A stretch of DNA of 64,000 nt from Azolla caroliniana (GCA_043228905.1 JBHGNT010000009.1:2976001-3040000), one strand, 5' to 3'; numbered from the stretch's first letter, positions 1 to 12,849 are shown. The notes: generated by a model from the sequence alone, not told the origin. Program-made: numbers and translations.

Positions 1-2457
1 TTTGGTTGCATGGTAAAATGTTGTGTTTCATAACATATTGATTATTGAAGTTTTGAGGACAAATGATTGGCTCTCATGATTGAGTTACAAAGAGTGCTGA
101 GGTGTCTTTCCAATGTAGTATCCATCATTGGCATTAATTGGACAAGAATTAAGGCAACCTATGTGCCTAATGAGCAAATGCCATGTCATAAACAATTTTA
201 GAAGCTCTTTAGGATGACCCAAACACTTTTTGAAGCAAATGTTGTGATGTGTATAGTAAAAAGGGACGGGAGAAGTTATAATGGTGAAGCAAGGTCCTAT
301 TAATCACTCCAACATAACTCTCAAGACGAAGTCACAGTTTACTGTCAATTCATATAGTTCTTTTGTCACCTTTGTTGTGACTCTAATTAGTCGAGACCAA
401 ATCTTTTTCCGTTCTTCGTTCTTTTATACTTTTGATTGCACAACTTTTTCCTCAATGCCTTGCATTCACAATTTACACTAACTCTTTCTTTTTGCCTTAC
501 CCTTTCTAAGTTTCTATGCATTAGCCATTCATGTCTAAGATGATTATCCAATGTGAGTTTCTTGAGTTGCATACTATTGATCATTGATCCTTGATCCTTG
601 TTTAGCACTCAGAATTGGGATTGCATACACTTACTCTTGCACATCATTCTTAGTTATGATCTCATGCTTTCACCCTTTGATTGCCCTCCCATGAGTGCCA
701 GGAGTTTATGATAGTTATAATAATGAGAGTAAAGATATATCGTGCATGTCCTAGGGTTGGTTTGGCATCACCACATTGCCACCCTTATCAAGTTAAAGTA
801 TGAAAATTAATAAGAGATTCCCTTATGATTTCTTGATGAGACAAGACATAAAGGCCTCCAAACCCAAACAAGTTTGTTAAGGAAGATGACAAGCGACTAG
901 AGAGAGAGAAAATACTTATCTAACTTATTTATGTAGTAATGGCCTAGTTGCATCATGCTCCAAGGGGGTTTTCTTTTGTAGCTTTATTGGACCAATTCCG
1001 ATCGATGTTTGATTACGTATATTTCATACAGAGACCTATCATAAACATTGGTATAATCTCCATCATTAAGTTGCTTACATTTCCTACGTACAAACCTAAG
1101 CCTACAACAATGACGGCTTTATAAAGTTAAATGAACTGTCTTTATAGTTATTATAATTAAACAATTTCCAATAACCGTTACAATAAACTCCACTCATTAA
1201 TAACATTTTCATGTGTTCCAAACCCATTTTGATTTGGATTTATTTGGGCCTTCTTCAAACATAAGGATAAATAATACGACCCTACTCTTTGTTCAAGTTG
1301 ATGCCTTACTTTGTAGGGCCCATTCATTCTAAATGTACACATGAAATGTTAGATGAATTTAAAGCGAACAACTAAAAAGTATTTTATTTGTATGACATGT
1401 AAAGCCTACATGTTCTGACGGGTTTCCTACATTTTACAACTTACCCTTTAATTTACCATATATCAATGTTAGCGGATCAAATATGGAAATGCTAACAAAT
1501 GAATCAACCTACTAATTACTAATTGCTTGCTCAATAACCTTATGAAATGGTCTCTAAATAGAACCAAATTAATCCTGCTCAATTTACTGATGATTCAAAA
1601 GGGTAATTGAATCCAAATGATGCTTTGGTAGATTCTAATAGCAATGTCATTTGTGGTTAATGTTGAAACTTGAGGGAAAACTTGGTACATTTGGAAAATC
1701 CAGGATCTTATTTGCAAAAGGTGTGTGCCAATTAAGAGTGTGGAAAAGAAAAGCTCGAACAATAGTCCAGATATTCTTGAACATGAATGAATGGCATCCG
1801 TAAAAAAATAAATTACATGCATTTAGTTCTGTCCACCCAAACATTTGTAAATGATTAACTAGGGAAGGCCGGTCGGAACATATTTGAGGAAGGTAGATAT
1901 AGTGCTACTACAGAGGTTCTTTTCCCTTTCAACTTACATGCATTGAGATTGGTGATGGCTCAAAAAACCAAGACAAGTTGGGGGAAGGAAGGAAAAAAAT
2001 TAAACCCAAGACAACCAACTACTATATTACATAAAGGTTCAAGAACTCGACTTTCCCCAAATTTGCCTCTCAAATGAGAGTGAAATAATAATGTCGAAAT
2101 ATGAGCGCAATTGTCTGGTAACAAACACACAAGTGAAAAAGTGTAACGAACTTCATGGTAAGACGAAATTCTATAGAGGGTAGAAGAATTAAGGTAGAGG
2201 AGTCGATGTGCATCTATTATCTATCTGTAAATCGTAGAAACGTTGAGGAGAGGGGATTAACTCTTTGAAATCATATACGATAATGGTTGGAGAGAACCGA
2301 CAAGCGAAAGCATTTAAGGCGAAGTCCTACTTCTATCATTTCTCTCATTATTGCTTGATCTAAATACTATCTTCCAACAACTCTTTACGTGCCATTTAAA
2401 TATCACGAGGCCTCACTGGGCACAACACTTTAGTTGGGGGTGGTGTGTGTGTGCAAA

Positions 2458-4151
2458 ATGGCTCAAGATAACCAAACAACGCTAGTGTGTCACTTGGAAG
2501 GGACACTATTGAAGTCCAAGAGCTTCTTTCCATACTACATGCTTGTGGCCTTAGAGGCGGGAGGACCTCTTAGGGCCCTCTTATTGTTGCTCCTCTATCC
2601 TCTCACATGGGCCTTGGAGAATTGGTTCCTTGCGGAGAGCGCAGCCATCCGAGTTCAGGTCTTTGTGGCCACTGCGGGGCTCAGGTTGTCCGAGGTCTCG
2701 GTCGTTGCGCGGGCCGTACTCCCCAAGTTCCTGCTCAACGATCTCAACCCTCACGCTTACCGAGCCCTCTTGAAAGACACATCTCGGGACACTCGCTCGG
2801 ATGCGAACATGGGCATGGGCACGGGCGCCACGCCCGCCCTAGTCATAACTTCGCACCCCAAGATATTCGTGGAGCACTTCTTATCGGTCCACCTCCGGGT
2901 CGACACCATAATCGGCACCGACCTTCTTGTCACCAAGACCGGCCGTTGCACCGGCCTCGTGTCCGGTGGAGTCCTCGATGAGCCTAAGAAGCTTCAAGCC
3001 GTGAAGCAACTATGCGTTGACATGTCTCGTCCCCTCGTTGGCCTATGCACAAACCCTAAACCTAAACCTAATTACCCCCTCAAACACCTCTTCCTCTCTA
3101 GGTGCAAGGTAAGTCTTAATCTCTTGTTTGGACTTGTAGGCCAGTTTGGCCTCTTAAAAGAAGTTAATATGTATATATGTATCTTTCTTTCTTTCTCAAC
3201 ATATTTGGTTTCTCTCTGTCTCTTCTGAATTGAGCTAAAAATTTTGTCTTGTTTTTTGTTGTTGTTGTTTGGTTGTTGATTCAGGACATAATTCTTCTGC
3301 CTGAAAGCAGGCCATGGGAAATTGTGCCATCTGACCAATACCTGACACCTCTGGTGTTCCATGATGGGAGACTGGTGGTTAGGCCAACCCCTCTCACATC
3401 CTTCCTCATCATGCTTTGGATGCCCATTGCCTTTGTCCTGGCGGTCGTCCGCCTGTCCATTGGCCTTTGCTTGCCGGCCGAACTCGCGTACCCGATAACC
3501 TCATTCCTCGGTGTCCGACTCCGCGTGAGAGGGGCCCCGCCCGTCCTCAGCTCCGAGGACGTCCATAACAACAAGGAAGGCGTCCTTTTCGTTTGTACAC
3601 ACCGTAGCCTCGCGGACGGGACATTCTTGACCATGGCCTTGAGACGGAAAGTCCGCGCTCTCACTTTTAGCCTTAGCAAATTGTCCGAACTCATCTCGCC
3701 CATCAAACTGACGCGACTCACGCGGAATCGCGAGGACGACGCGAGGATCATCGACAACCTTTTGATGAAAGAGGACATCTTTGTGTGTCCTGAGGGCACG
3801 ACTTGTCGCGAGCCGTTCCTGCTAAGGTTCAGCCCTTTGTTCGCCGAATTGGCCGATCGCATCGTTCCCGTGGCGCTCCGAGCAAACATGACCATGTTCC
3901 ATGGTACGACCGCGCGGGGCTATAAGTTCATGGATGCGTTCTTTTTCGTTATGAACCCGAGGCCCTTCTATGAGGTTGTGTTCCTAGAACCCATACCCGT
4001 GAAGGAGCTTCGGGAGAGCGGGAGAAGCACGATCGAGATTGCGAACCTTGTCCAAAAGCAGCTCGCGGCACATCTTGGCTACAAATGCACAAACTTCAAC
4101 AGAAGAGACAAATACAAATTCCTCGCGGGGCATGATGGCAATGTGCAATAA
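2458..4151 (+). CDS. GPAT: sn-2 glycerol-3-phosphate acyltransferase (plant GPAT1-8 family), ~505 aa, 2 exons
   Basis: Exons 2458-3108 and 3285-4151, GT-AG intron in phase 0 (AAG|gtaagt ... ttcag|GAC). N-terminal HAD-like domain (HLEGTLLKSKSFFPYYMLVALEAGG, RAVLPKF). Exon 2 has PLVFHDGRLV, the acyltransferase motif HRSLAD, CPEGTTCREPFLLRFSPLFAEL and FFFVMNPRP. Confidence 0.95.
3117..3190 (+). repeat. ~70-bp dispersed repeat, copy 1 (GPAT intron)
   Basis: taatctcttgtttggacttgtaggccagtttggcctcttaaaagaagttaata matches the reverse complement of 7243-7312. Confidence 0.8.
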
Positions 4152-6244
4152 AAGAAGTAGAGCATTAAAAGCATAATTGCATACACATGATGCTTTTGGC
4201 ATCAATCATACAATGAAGGTTGAAGTAAGAAGAAAACATTCCCAACTTACTAGACATTGGTTCAAGCATGTGGACATCCTCTTAAAAAACTGATATTATT
4301 ATTGTACTGTGCCAAGAAGACATTGGATGATGAAAACACCCACCACCCACCCACTCTAAAAGCTTTTGTTCCTAACTCAGGAAAAAGCAAAAGCTATTGA
4401 GTCATTCATCTTTTTATTAGTAAATATAAATTCCCACCAATCTCTCACCTTTAAAGCAATCAGCTACCCAATCCATGTGACAAGATCAATGGCAAACAAA
4501 ACATGATTAGTGTGCTGTGTTTGTATCTTTGAAATCACACTAACAATGACTCGTAAATGACGTAAATTCGAGGGGCATTAACTTTGCAAACCACCCTCAT
4601 TATCTTTCCAACCTTCCTAAAAGTAGGCGAGATATGAATCATTGTTGTCTTTGGTTTTGTCATTCAATTGAAAGTGTACACTGTAGATTGGTTGATAGGA
4701 CATCAATTTGGCCTTCAAATGACATCACCACCCTTAATGAGCAAACAAAATGTTCCACATAAGAGGTCTATTATCTTCTGTGTATGCTCTTTAGTATAAG
4801 TGATTTGTTCTAACAAATGAGAGAGGCAGTTCTATTTTCCCCTGCAATTACATGGGAACGGTAGGCTCAACACTACTTTAGGCATATGCTAATTATAGAT
4901 ATAGTTACTTATCAAAATGGGAAAAATGAAGAAGATTGTATAGCAAATGATGGCACGGTCAGCACTACTTTCAGAATATGCTGATAATAAAATTTCTTTC
5001 TGAAAATGGAAAAACGGAAGATGGTTGTATAGCAAATGATGGCATGGAAATGATCAAAAGAGCATTTGTAGTTATGTATGCTGATGGCATTGGTTGTTTG
5101 AGCACATCCCATATGGTTCAAAACATAAAAAACGATCCATCATCTTTCCTTCATCACCAAGATAGTCTACATGATATGAAAATAGAGATATATGGCATGC
5201 TACAGATGAAATGGAAACATACATACAAGACGTGAATGTAAGGATGGGACTACTACACAATATATTAGAGAGAATTTATTTACAAGATCCTTTACGTACC
5301 TATGCATTAACATGCGAAATTCAATCATGCTCAATTGCACATGAAGGGCTCCTAAAAGGACTAAATAAGTTCTTGTAATTGGAAAAACACATCTCCGAAA
5401 CATCCTTAATAGAATAAAATATTACAGATGTGATAACCACGTTCAGAACTTTGAGATTACGAACCACCTCAAAATTTGCATCACAACCCCATACACGTGG
5501 TTACAAATACTATTAATCATAAAAGAGTAGAGTACTGAACATAGATTTACCAGTCATACCATATGCAATCAAAGAAAAAGTAGAAAAAAACTCGACATCA
5601 GATCAGACATGAGAAAAGAGCCAACTCTTCCAAGAGGCATAAATTCACACAACATAAATCTCGCAAACACAATGAAACATCCCAATTTAAAGAAGAAACC
5701 TAATTAGAGGATACTGGTATCGCAAAAGCAACTGGCAAAAAAATCCAAAGTGCAGAGAGAAGATGCAACACTTGCATTCAAAACTTGTCACACGCATGGG
5801 AGAACAATACGTAATAGAGCAGCTAATATCCTTAAGAATAGTACTCTAGATATACATTGCACAGTAAAAATACATTTTGTTTGATATGCCAGTTCGAAAC
5901 ATTTCAATCTGATTTGCTCATCCGGCATATAACCCAAAAAATAGTATTGCATCACACTGTATTGCCTCCAACATTCTCAAGGCTAGGATCAACAACCTTA
6001 TTTACAATATTTTTGGACTGAAGTAACAGGTTTGAAACCATGCATTTTGTCATTATTGAGGAACTTCTAAAATTTGACCCATACTTTTTACACAATCTAC
6101 AATGTAGATGGCCAATGTACATATGTTTTTGAACCCACAATGCAGTGGCTTGCTAGCATCCTGAATTCCTTTCAGGCTGTTAAGAGAAGTTCTCATTGTT
6201 GTTACCGTCTAGATTCTGCCCCAAAAGTTCAGAAATACAAGAAG

Positions 6245-9200
6245 TCAAAACCTTGAAAGCTCATAGCACTGAATCTAAGGTTGTAAACCAAATGCCTTTA
6301 TTTATTAAACATAATATGCAATGACAAAGAGAAAGTGAGTGATACTTGTTTCAGATTTTTGATAAGCTTGTCAATCTGCAAGCATAAAACAATGATTTGT
6401 TTCAGGGTTGACACAAATTTGTCATTTGCAAATGTAAAATAATCATAGAGCATGTTGATAAAAGAGATGGAACTCTAACATATACAAACTGAGCCTAAAC
6501 CTGACATAAACAAGACTACCCTAAACACTAACCTACACATGTTAACGGTAATCTGTGCAAGTCAACAATAAACCTTCAAGTTTATTTTAAACACTGATAG
6601 AGATTCTTTTTTTTAATTGGCCATTCACCTGTGCCAAACCTGGATGCATTGCATGGGCCTTTTGTAACCAGATTAATGCAGACTCTGAATCACCAAGTGC
6701 TGCAAAACAAAGTCCCATGCCTGCACATGAGAAGTAACATCACCAAACAATATCATGATCATATAATTCACTGTTATTTCATGTATATCATGCATACCGC
6801 TCATAGCTCCAAAATGATAAGCATTCAATTCCAATGTCTTTATGCAATCTGCAATGGCGGCTCGATATTCCTAGCAAAGTACAAAGATGCTTCATAACAA
6901 TCTGTATATAGAAGTCAAATCAAAACAGGAATGAAAACATAGACAATGTAATTAATAACCTTCAGAAGGTAGTTGACAGTCGCTCGTTTATTCCACCCCT
7001 CAGCAAAACAAGGTTCTAATTTAATGATCTGCAGTTGTAGCTCAATTTACTTATTTTATTATGATACCCTGAGGCTTTTCGATGAATTACATAATGCCCA
7101 TAAAGCTATGAGGTGTTGTCCCATGATGGCTTCTTTTCTTGCATTACTAAACCTACTAAACCTCATTGGCTTCTTTTGTATGGATAACATATCGCATAAT
7201 AAGGATTGTAGGGTCTCATAGATTACTTTGAGCTCTCCCAAGAGAAAGAAAGCATGATATATTAATGTCTTTTAAGAGGCCAACATGGCCTACAAGACCA
7301 AACAAGAGATTACATCTTATAATGTTTTTTTGTCTTTGAGAACAACAAAACGAAATCAATACAATATAATCTATATATTTATCTCCTGGTATGCAAAATA
7401 AATTTGTCAATTTCAAAATAGATTTTCCATACTTGTGAAAAAACATCTCTTGCTTTAGGTAAGTCATTTGAAATCATTAACGAGACTCCTTCCTGCAATC
7501 AGACCACAAGTTAAAAACAGTAGGACCCTAAGAAAAGACATGATTATGTACTTTGGCATGTCATCTTCTAAAACATAACTTTCATATAGAAACTTAAGTA
7601 TAATATTTTGAGCCAAGTGGAACCTAGGAATCAGCAACGGTTTGGTTTCAAACCCGTTAATGAAGCTCAAGGCTGAACCGAACTGACCTGCACCACCAAA
7701 CCATTTATAAATGGTCTAAACAGCTCGGTTTAGGCTTGAACCAAACTGAGACTTGCCGATTTCTAGTGGAACCTACGAAACTCTTATTTCTGAATTCAAC
7801 AAGCACATTATGTGTGCATATGTGCAGCTCTTCTTTGTAAAGGAAGAAGAATATGTCCCTGCCTGTAAATATTGCTCAACATCTTGTCTTCCAGAATGCA
7901 TAAATATTTTCCACATTGCCTAAGCCACCAGAACCAATGCTAATTGATCAATAATTGTTTCGTAGGATAAGAGAAGAACAACAAAACATAAAGGAAATCA
8001 GTACTACTAACCTTCTCTGTCTCTAATGCTATAAGAGGATTTTTATCAAGAAGCCCATTGGAAAGCATAGGAAGAACTTGATCATCACCAATGCTGCCGA
8101 ACTCCTGGCAGAATAAAAAAGTTTGTAATATGCAGCAAAACTAACTTTTACAATGGGAACATATGGAATCAACTATTTTTTTCATGATGAAAAATGTTAC
8201 GAATAAGCCAAAAGTTCAGGGACTTACAGATATTATTTGTATTTTTTCATTTGTACTCCCTTTTGCCAGGACACTGACCTTTTCAAGCATCAACTGTGCT
8301 ATAAATGCATGCAACAAACAAACCAGTGTTTAAACACGCAAAACTAGGGAAAATGCATTGAACATGAAGCAAGAAAGGTAGCAGTAATTACTTGCTCCTT
8401 TTCAGACAATTGTGCCTTTAAACGACTAAGTTGATCATTAATCCTGTTCACATAATTAATACAAATTTCTGGATAAAGACAAAAATGGTGCTAGCATGTA
8501 AAACATGCTGATTGCATATAAAGTATTAAAGTAAAGGATAAAGCTTGTACTCTTTTGCTTGCACATAGTTCTCATCCATAATTGACACGTCCAACAGCCT
8601 AAAAGAACAGGGAACTATATAAAATAATACAAACCATAAAGTAGTACAAGAACATATATACCTTTGTAGTAATTGTAGACGCTGCCATAAATTCTCCTTA
8701 TAAATATTATCTTGATAACTTCCCTGGACATTTGAAATAGCAGATTCCATAATGAAATTTCTGAGTGATTTATAGCATAAGCATGAGGAAGACTTATGAA
8801 TTTAAGAAAAGAGAATAATAAACCAAAAAATGCATTTATGCAACAACATCATGGTTGTTTATGTACCCGTATTTAACGTTTAAATATGTATAGTACCTCC
8901 TCATTTGTATAGTACGTACTATACCTCAATGTTGTTCAGTCAAATATCACGTACATTTGTCAAATACGGTATTTAATGTATTTATTAAAAAACAGGTATA
9001 ATACGTATTTATAAAGAGAATGTAAGTAAAACCCCAACAAAAAGCAAAAGAAAAAAAAGATTTTAGTGAAAAAGATGCCAAAGGAAGGAAGGAAGAAGAA
9101 TAGAAGAGACGATGATGAAGAATATGAAGAAAAAGAAGAAGAAGAGAGAAAAGAAGACATAAACCTGTCTTGACTCTGAGTGTGATAATCACAAAAGATA

Positions 9201-12200
9201 GAAGAAGAAGAAGAAGAAGAAGAAGAAGAAGAAAACGAAGAAAAGAGAAACCTATCATGAGTGTGATAATCGTAGAGGATTCCTCAATCTATGAAGGCAT
9301 AACTGTAAATAATTACAATTTGAAGTAGAACATCCTGATATACACTTACACTGATTTATAGAATAAGGGAATATCGACATCCATATTACTAAAAGTATTT
9401 TAGGATGTGAAATGTTCAAATGTCTTATATGCATTTTAGGATGTATAATTATACTACATCACAAAATTGTGTAAACATAGATGTTTTTTACAATATTATA
9501 GATATTTTTTAGAAAGGTAAATAATTTTCAAATTCTAGAAGTATTTAACGTACTATACGTAAAATACATATTTTATAAGTATTTAACATATTAAGAAAAC
9601 GTATTTTTAAATTGGGAGGTACTATACGCGTATTAATACGTTATATACGTATGGTATCCGTACCGTACCTAACAACCTTGAACAACATACACAAAGCAAT
9701 TCAAGAAGAACTTCAAATGTTTTACTAAGACCATGTGAGGCTGCCAATGGATAGTTTCTCAGATCTTCATAGGAAAGGTTCATATCCACAATTTCCCAAG
9801 CACATTAGGACATGCACCTAACTATATGGATAAAGTAGTGTCGCTTGCAAAATCATTACAAGACCAAGTCATTGTGCAGTAGAGGAGATTAGGGCTCACT
9901 TCATTACAACCCTCAACTGATCAACATATGATTTCTAAATTCCTCGGGTTTTTTTATCACAATTACACATTCTAAATTTTGCTAAAAACTATGCATTTAG
10001 TATTGGTTGCATTTTGACAGGAGATTTTTCATACAGTTATAACATGCTACGCATAGCGTTTATAAGTAAACTATTTGGCAGTTCAATCAGTTTATAATAA
10101 TAATGCTTGTGTTTTGGACTTTCTAAATCTTTAAGATATCAAGATAGGTTGCATATGAATCCTTGTAAGTGTCACATACTTTTCTGCAACAGCAACTAGC
10201 ACAATTTGTCGTTTCATTGTTCTAAGAGTCAATGTTCATAGGCACTCACTCATGGCTTTTATCCGACAATCACGGTTTCCCTTTTCTATTGAATCATGAG
10301 GGGGTACCTAAGACTCTCAAATATATAGTACATCAAAGATGATATAACCAAAATGAAGAAAAAGACAACAGGTACATATACTCATCACACTTACCACACC
10401 ATGTTAGAGATTTTGGAGTGCACAGATGAAAAGCCTTATGATATATAAGCCCATTAGCTAGCTATATATACCTCAGTCTCATACACCATCAAGATCAATG
10501 CACCGTATCTTAAGGTACAAATGTAATGGGCATGTGTAGGAAACTGTTTAGATATGGCCAGTCCATTATGCACCACACCTTAAAGGTACACATGTAATGG
10601 GCATGTGTAGAAAACTGTACATACATGGATAGTCCATTATGTACCACCATATCTTGGGGTATAAATGTAATGGGTACGTGCAGAAAGCAACACATACACA
10701 ACACTTTTCGATGTGTGTATGTGTGTGTTATTTATGATAGTCTGTTATTAGCATCATGGGAAATGACTGTTAGTGAACAATGATGGTTAATGCTTGGATA
10801 AAAAGCACCCCTAGAGTGGATGTGTTATTACTGTATAAAAAATTTCAACTGCCATTCTCTACATTTGCTCATTTTCATAAGGAATCACATCCATGGATCT
10901 TGCCCAACAATTAATAAGAGAAAATGCATCCATCAGAGCATATATGATCTGTTCATATGTTATAATTAGTGTTCAGCTCTTTCAATGATGCATATATTAT
11001 AATTATTGTAAATATGCATCCAAAGAGTACTGGTTGGATTCATATATCACATCCTTTGAATATCATATGCAGCAATATTCACATTTACCATAAACTTGAA
11101 AGGCCAGATTCATTAATAATCCAAATTGTGAGAAGGCCATGAAGATTTGGAGGTAATGGCGAAAAATTCATAGACAAGCACCATGTCTGATGATTACTCG
11201 ATCATTGGATTCATATATGATTATATTCTTATCCGTTGAGAAGTATGCATCACTATTCACACAAGACCAGTACCCTCCAAGTAATATAGGCATGGGGTCT
11301 ATGTACAACTCTTCTTATGCTTGCATATTCCCAAGGCTAGCCACTAGTTTTAAGGTTATTGCCTACACCTCCACAACCCAATACTCTACTCCAAAGGAAC
11401 TTAATGCAATCTTGGGGGACACGGTCTATAAAGTCTACCTTTTTATTAGATAGGGTTGTTGGTAGTTGTTAGAGTGATACTTGATATTTGCCAATGTAAA
11501 GTTATGAGGAAGAAAAATGTGTGATTAGAGGGAAGATAGAGCATGCATATTTCTTGTAATCTAAGGACTTTTTTATTGAATGAGGATTGGTGTTTTACCT
11601 TGTCTTATGTGCGACTGAGGGAGAATGTAAGCCTTTCTGGAGGCACACCTCTCTAAGGTCTTTCTGTAATCGGTCAGTTTTCTCAATAAACACAATCTTG
11701 ATAAGCATGAATATCATTATTCCAGAAAATGGTTCCCTCATTCATTAAATTACCAATCAAATCTTTGAGCTCACCTAATATATATAAAATTTCTACTAGA
11801 TTCCCATTAATTACCGGTATTTTCTCATTAATTCTTAATTTTTGATGCATGAAAAGGAAGCCGGATTGACTAGTACAGTTTCAAGCAGTCATATGATATA
11901 TCAATATTCATTGAAAGTTATGAAAAAACGAGCTCTATAACTGATGTCAATACAAAAATTTTATGTGTCGAGATCGCAGAGATGCAAAGCATGGAACTTA
12001 CTGAAATATAGTTTATCTGTGTGTGTGTGTGTGTGCGTGTGCGTGCATATATGTGTGCTAAAATAGGAGGAGAGCCACTGGAGAGAGAAGAGCATATTAA
12101 CATACCAGAGAGCACCGAGTTGTTAAGCTGGAATTTCGACAGACAGGAGAAGGGAGAAGGGGGGATTTAAGGCGAGAGATGTGGCGGCGGCGGCGGCGGC

Positions 12201-12291
12201 TGTGTGGTGACAGAAACAAAGAAGCCATAGCTGCAGAAGCCACTGATGAGGAGCAGGACAAAGAACCCATCATCATCATCATCATCACCAT
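6245..12291 (-). CDS. Multi-exon HEAT-like + TPR repeat protein with putative plastid transit peptide
   Basis: Phase-consistent exons read by hand: 8662-8723, 8392-8443, 8228-8293, 8012-8104, 7863-7919, 7433-7492, 6960-7028, 6798-6870, 6629-6720, 6346-6375, and probably 6245-6274. They give ...AMWKIFMHSGRQDVEQYLQEGVSLMISNDLPKARDVFSQIIKLEPCFAEGWNKRATVNYLLKEYRAAIADCIKTLELNAYHFGAMSGMGLCFAALGDSESALIWLQKAHAMHPGLAQ... The first exon 12106-12291 is Ser/Arg-rich with no acidic residues. The exons between 8724 and 12105 (candidates 10250-10307 and 11599-11663) and the exact 3' end are uncertain. Confidence 0.82.
7243..7312 (-). repeat. ~70-bp dispersed repeat, copy 2 (TPR-gene intron)
   Basis: The reverse complement reads taatctcttgtttggtcttgtaggccatgttggcctcttaaaagacattaata, nearly identical to 3117-3190. 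Confidence 0.8.
7625..7765. mobile_element. 141-bp hAT-type MITE
   Basis: TIRs taggaatcagcaa / ttgccgatttcta (11/13 match). Perfect 8-bp TSD gtggaacc at 7617-7624 and 7766-7773. Confidence 0.8.
8850..9680. mobile_element. 831-bp non-autonomous hAT-type element
   Basis: Imperfect TIRs catggttgtt / aacaaccttg, subterminal inverted gtatagtacctcc / ggaggtactatac, perfect 8-bp TSD aacaacat (8842-8849, 9681-9688), internal (GAA)n tract. Confidence 0.8.
10511..10689. repeat. ~70-bp tandem repeat, ~2.5 copies, intronic
   Basis: The core atgtaatgggcatgtgtag...agtccattatgcaccac recurs at ~10511, ~10581 and ~10654 (partial). Confidence 0.8.
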
Positions 12292-12337
12292 GTCTTCCGT
12301 TTCTTAACATGGGCATCATTACATACATACACACGTA

Positions 12338-12551
12338 CATAGTATGAACCATACGTTCATTCGCGTTCGCGAAAGAAAAACCCCCTCAAAGAATGATAAA
12401 TACCATACTTTTGGATTAACTATTTATTATGAGGTAGATAAGCCTAAAAATGAAAATAAAAACATAAGAATATTTGAATAACATTCTCATTCGTTTTTTA
12501 ACGTAGGAAAACGAATGTTATACTAGATGAACACAAATTTTACGTACTATG
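12338..12551. mobile_element. 214-bp hAT-type MITE (CATAGTA...TACTATG)
   Basis: 7-bp TIRs. Perfect 8-bp TSD cacacgta at 12330-12337 and 12552-12559. Confidence 0.75.
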
Positions 12552-12615
12552 CACACGTACGTACGTACATACATACATACATACATACATACATACATGC
12601 ATCCATACGTCCATC

Positions 12616-12849
12616 CATAGTATGAACCATACGTGCCTTCGCATTCTCGAATGTTTCTCTCATGTGTAAGAAAAACACCCTCCAAGAATGATAAATACCA
12701 TACTTTTGGATTAACTATTTATTATGAGGTAAATAAACCTAAAAAAATATGAAAAAAAAACACAAGAATGTTTGAATAACATTTGCATTCGTTTTCCAAT
12801 GTAGTAAAACGAATGTTATGCTAGACGAACACGAATTTTAATTACTATG
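12616..12849. mobile_element. Second copy of the CATAGTA...TACTATG MITE
   Basis: Same termini and long shared internal blocks with 12338-12551 (e.g. aagaatgataaataccatacttttggattaactatttattatgagg). No clean TSD. Confidence 0.7.

Noticed and set aside
1-2300. Possible decayed retroelement fragments (gag-like QGSM at ~590, L1 ORF1-like IWIQLPF at ~1610)
   Set aside because: Only isolated short motifs, with no open frame or termini. Too weak to call.
3281-3895. 204-aa antisense ORF over GPAT exon 2
   Set aside because: Shadow frame of a GC-rich coding exon with no recognisable motifs.
4914-5047. 45-bp imperfect direct repeat and the 85-aa ORF 4978-5235
   Set aside because: Small local duplication; the ORF has no homology cues or splice context.
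5434-5503. 9-bp inverted repeat taaccacgt/acgtggtta
   Set aside because: No TSD and too short to distinguish from chance.
8947-9258. Poly-Leu/Ser hydrophobic ORFs
   Set aside because: Translations of the (GAA)n tract inside the hAT element.
10511-10689. Tandem repeats (also 40320-40490) considered as CRISPR-like arrays
   Set aside because: Head-to-tail units without unique spacers, eukaryotic context and no cas genes.
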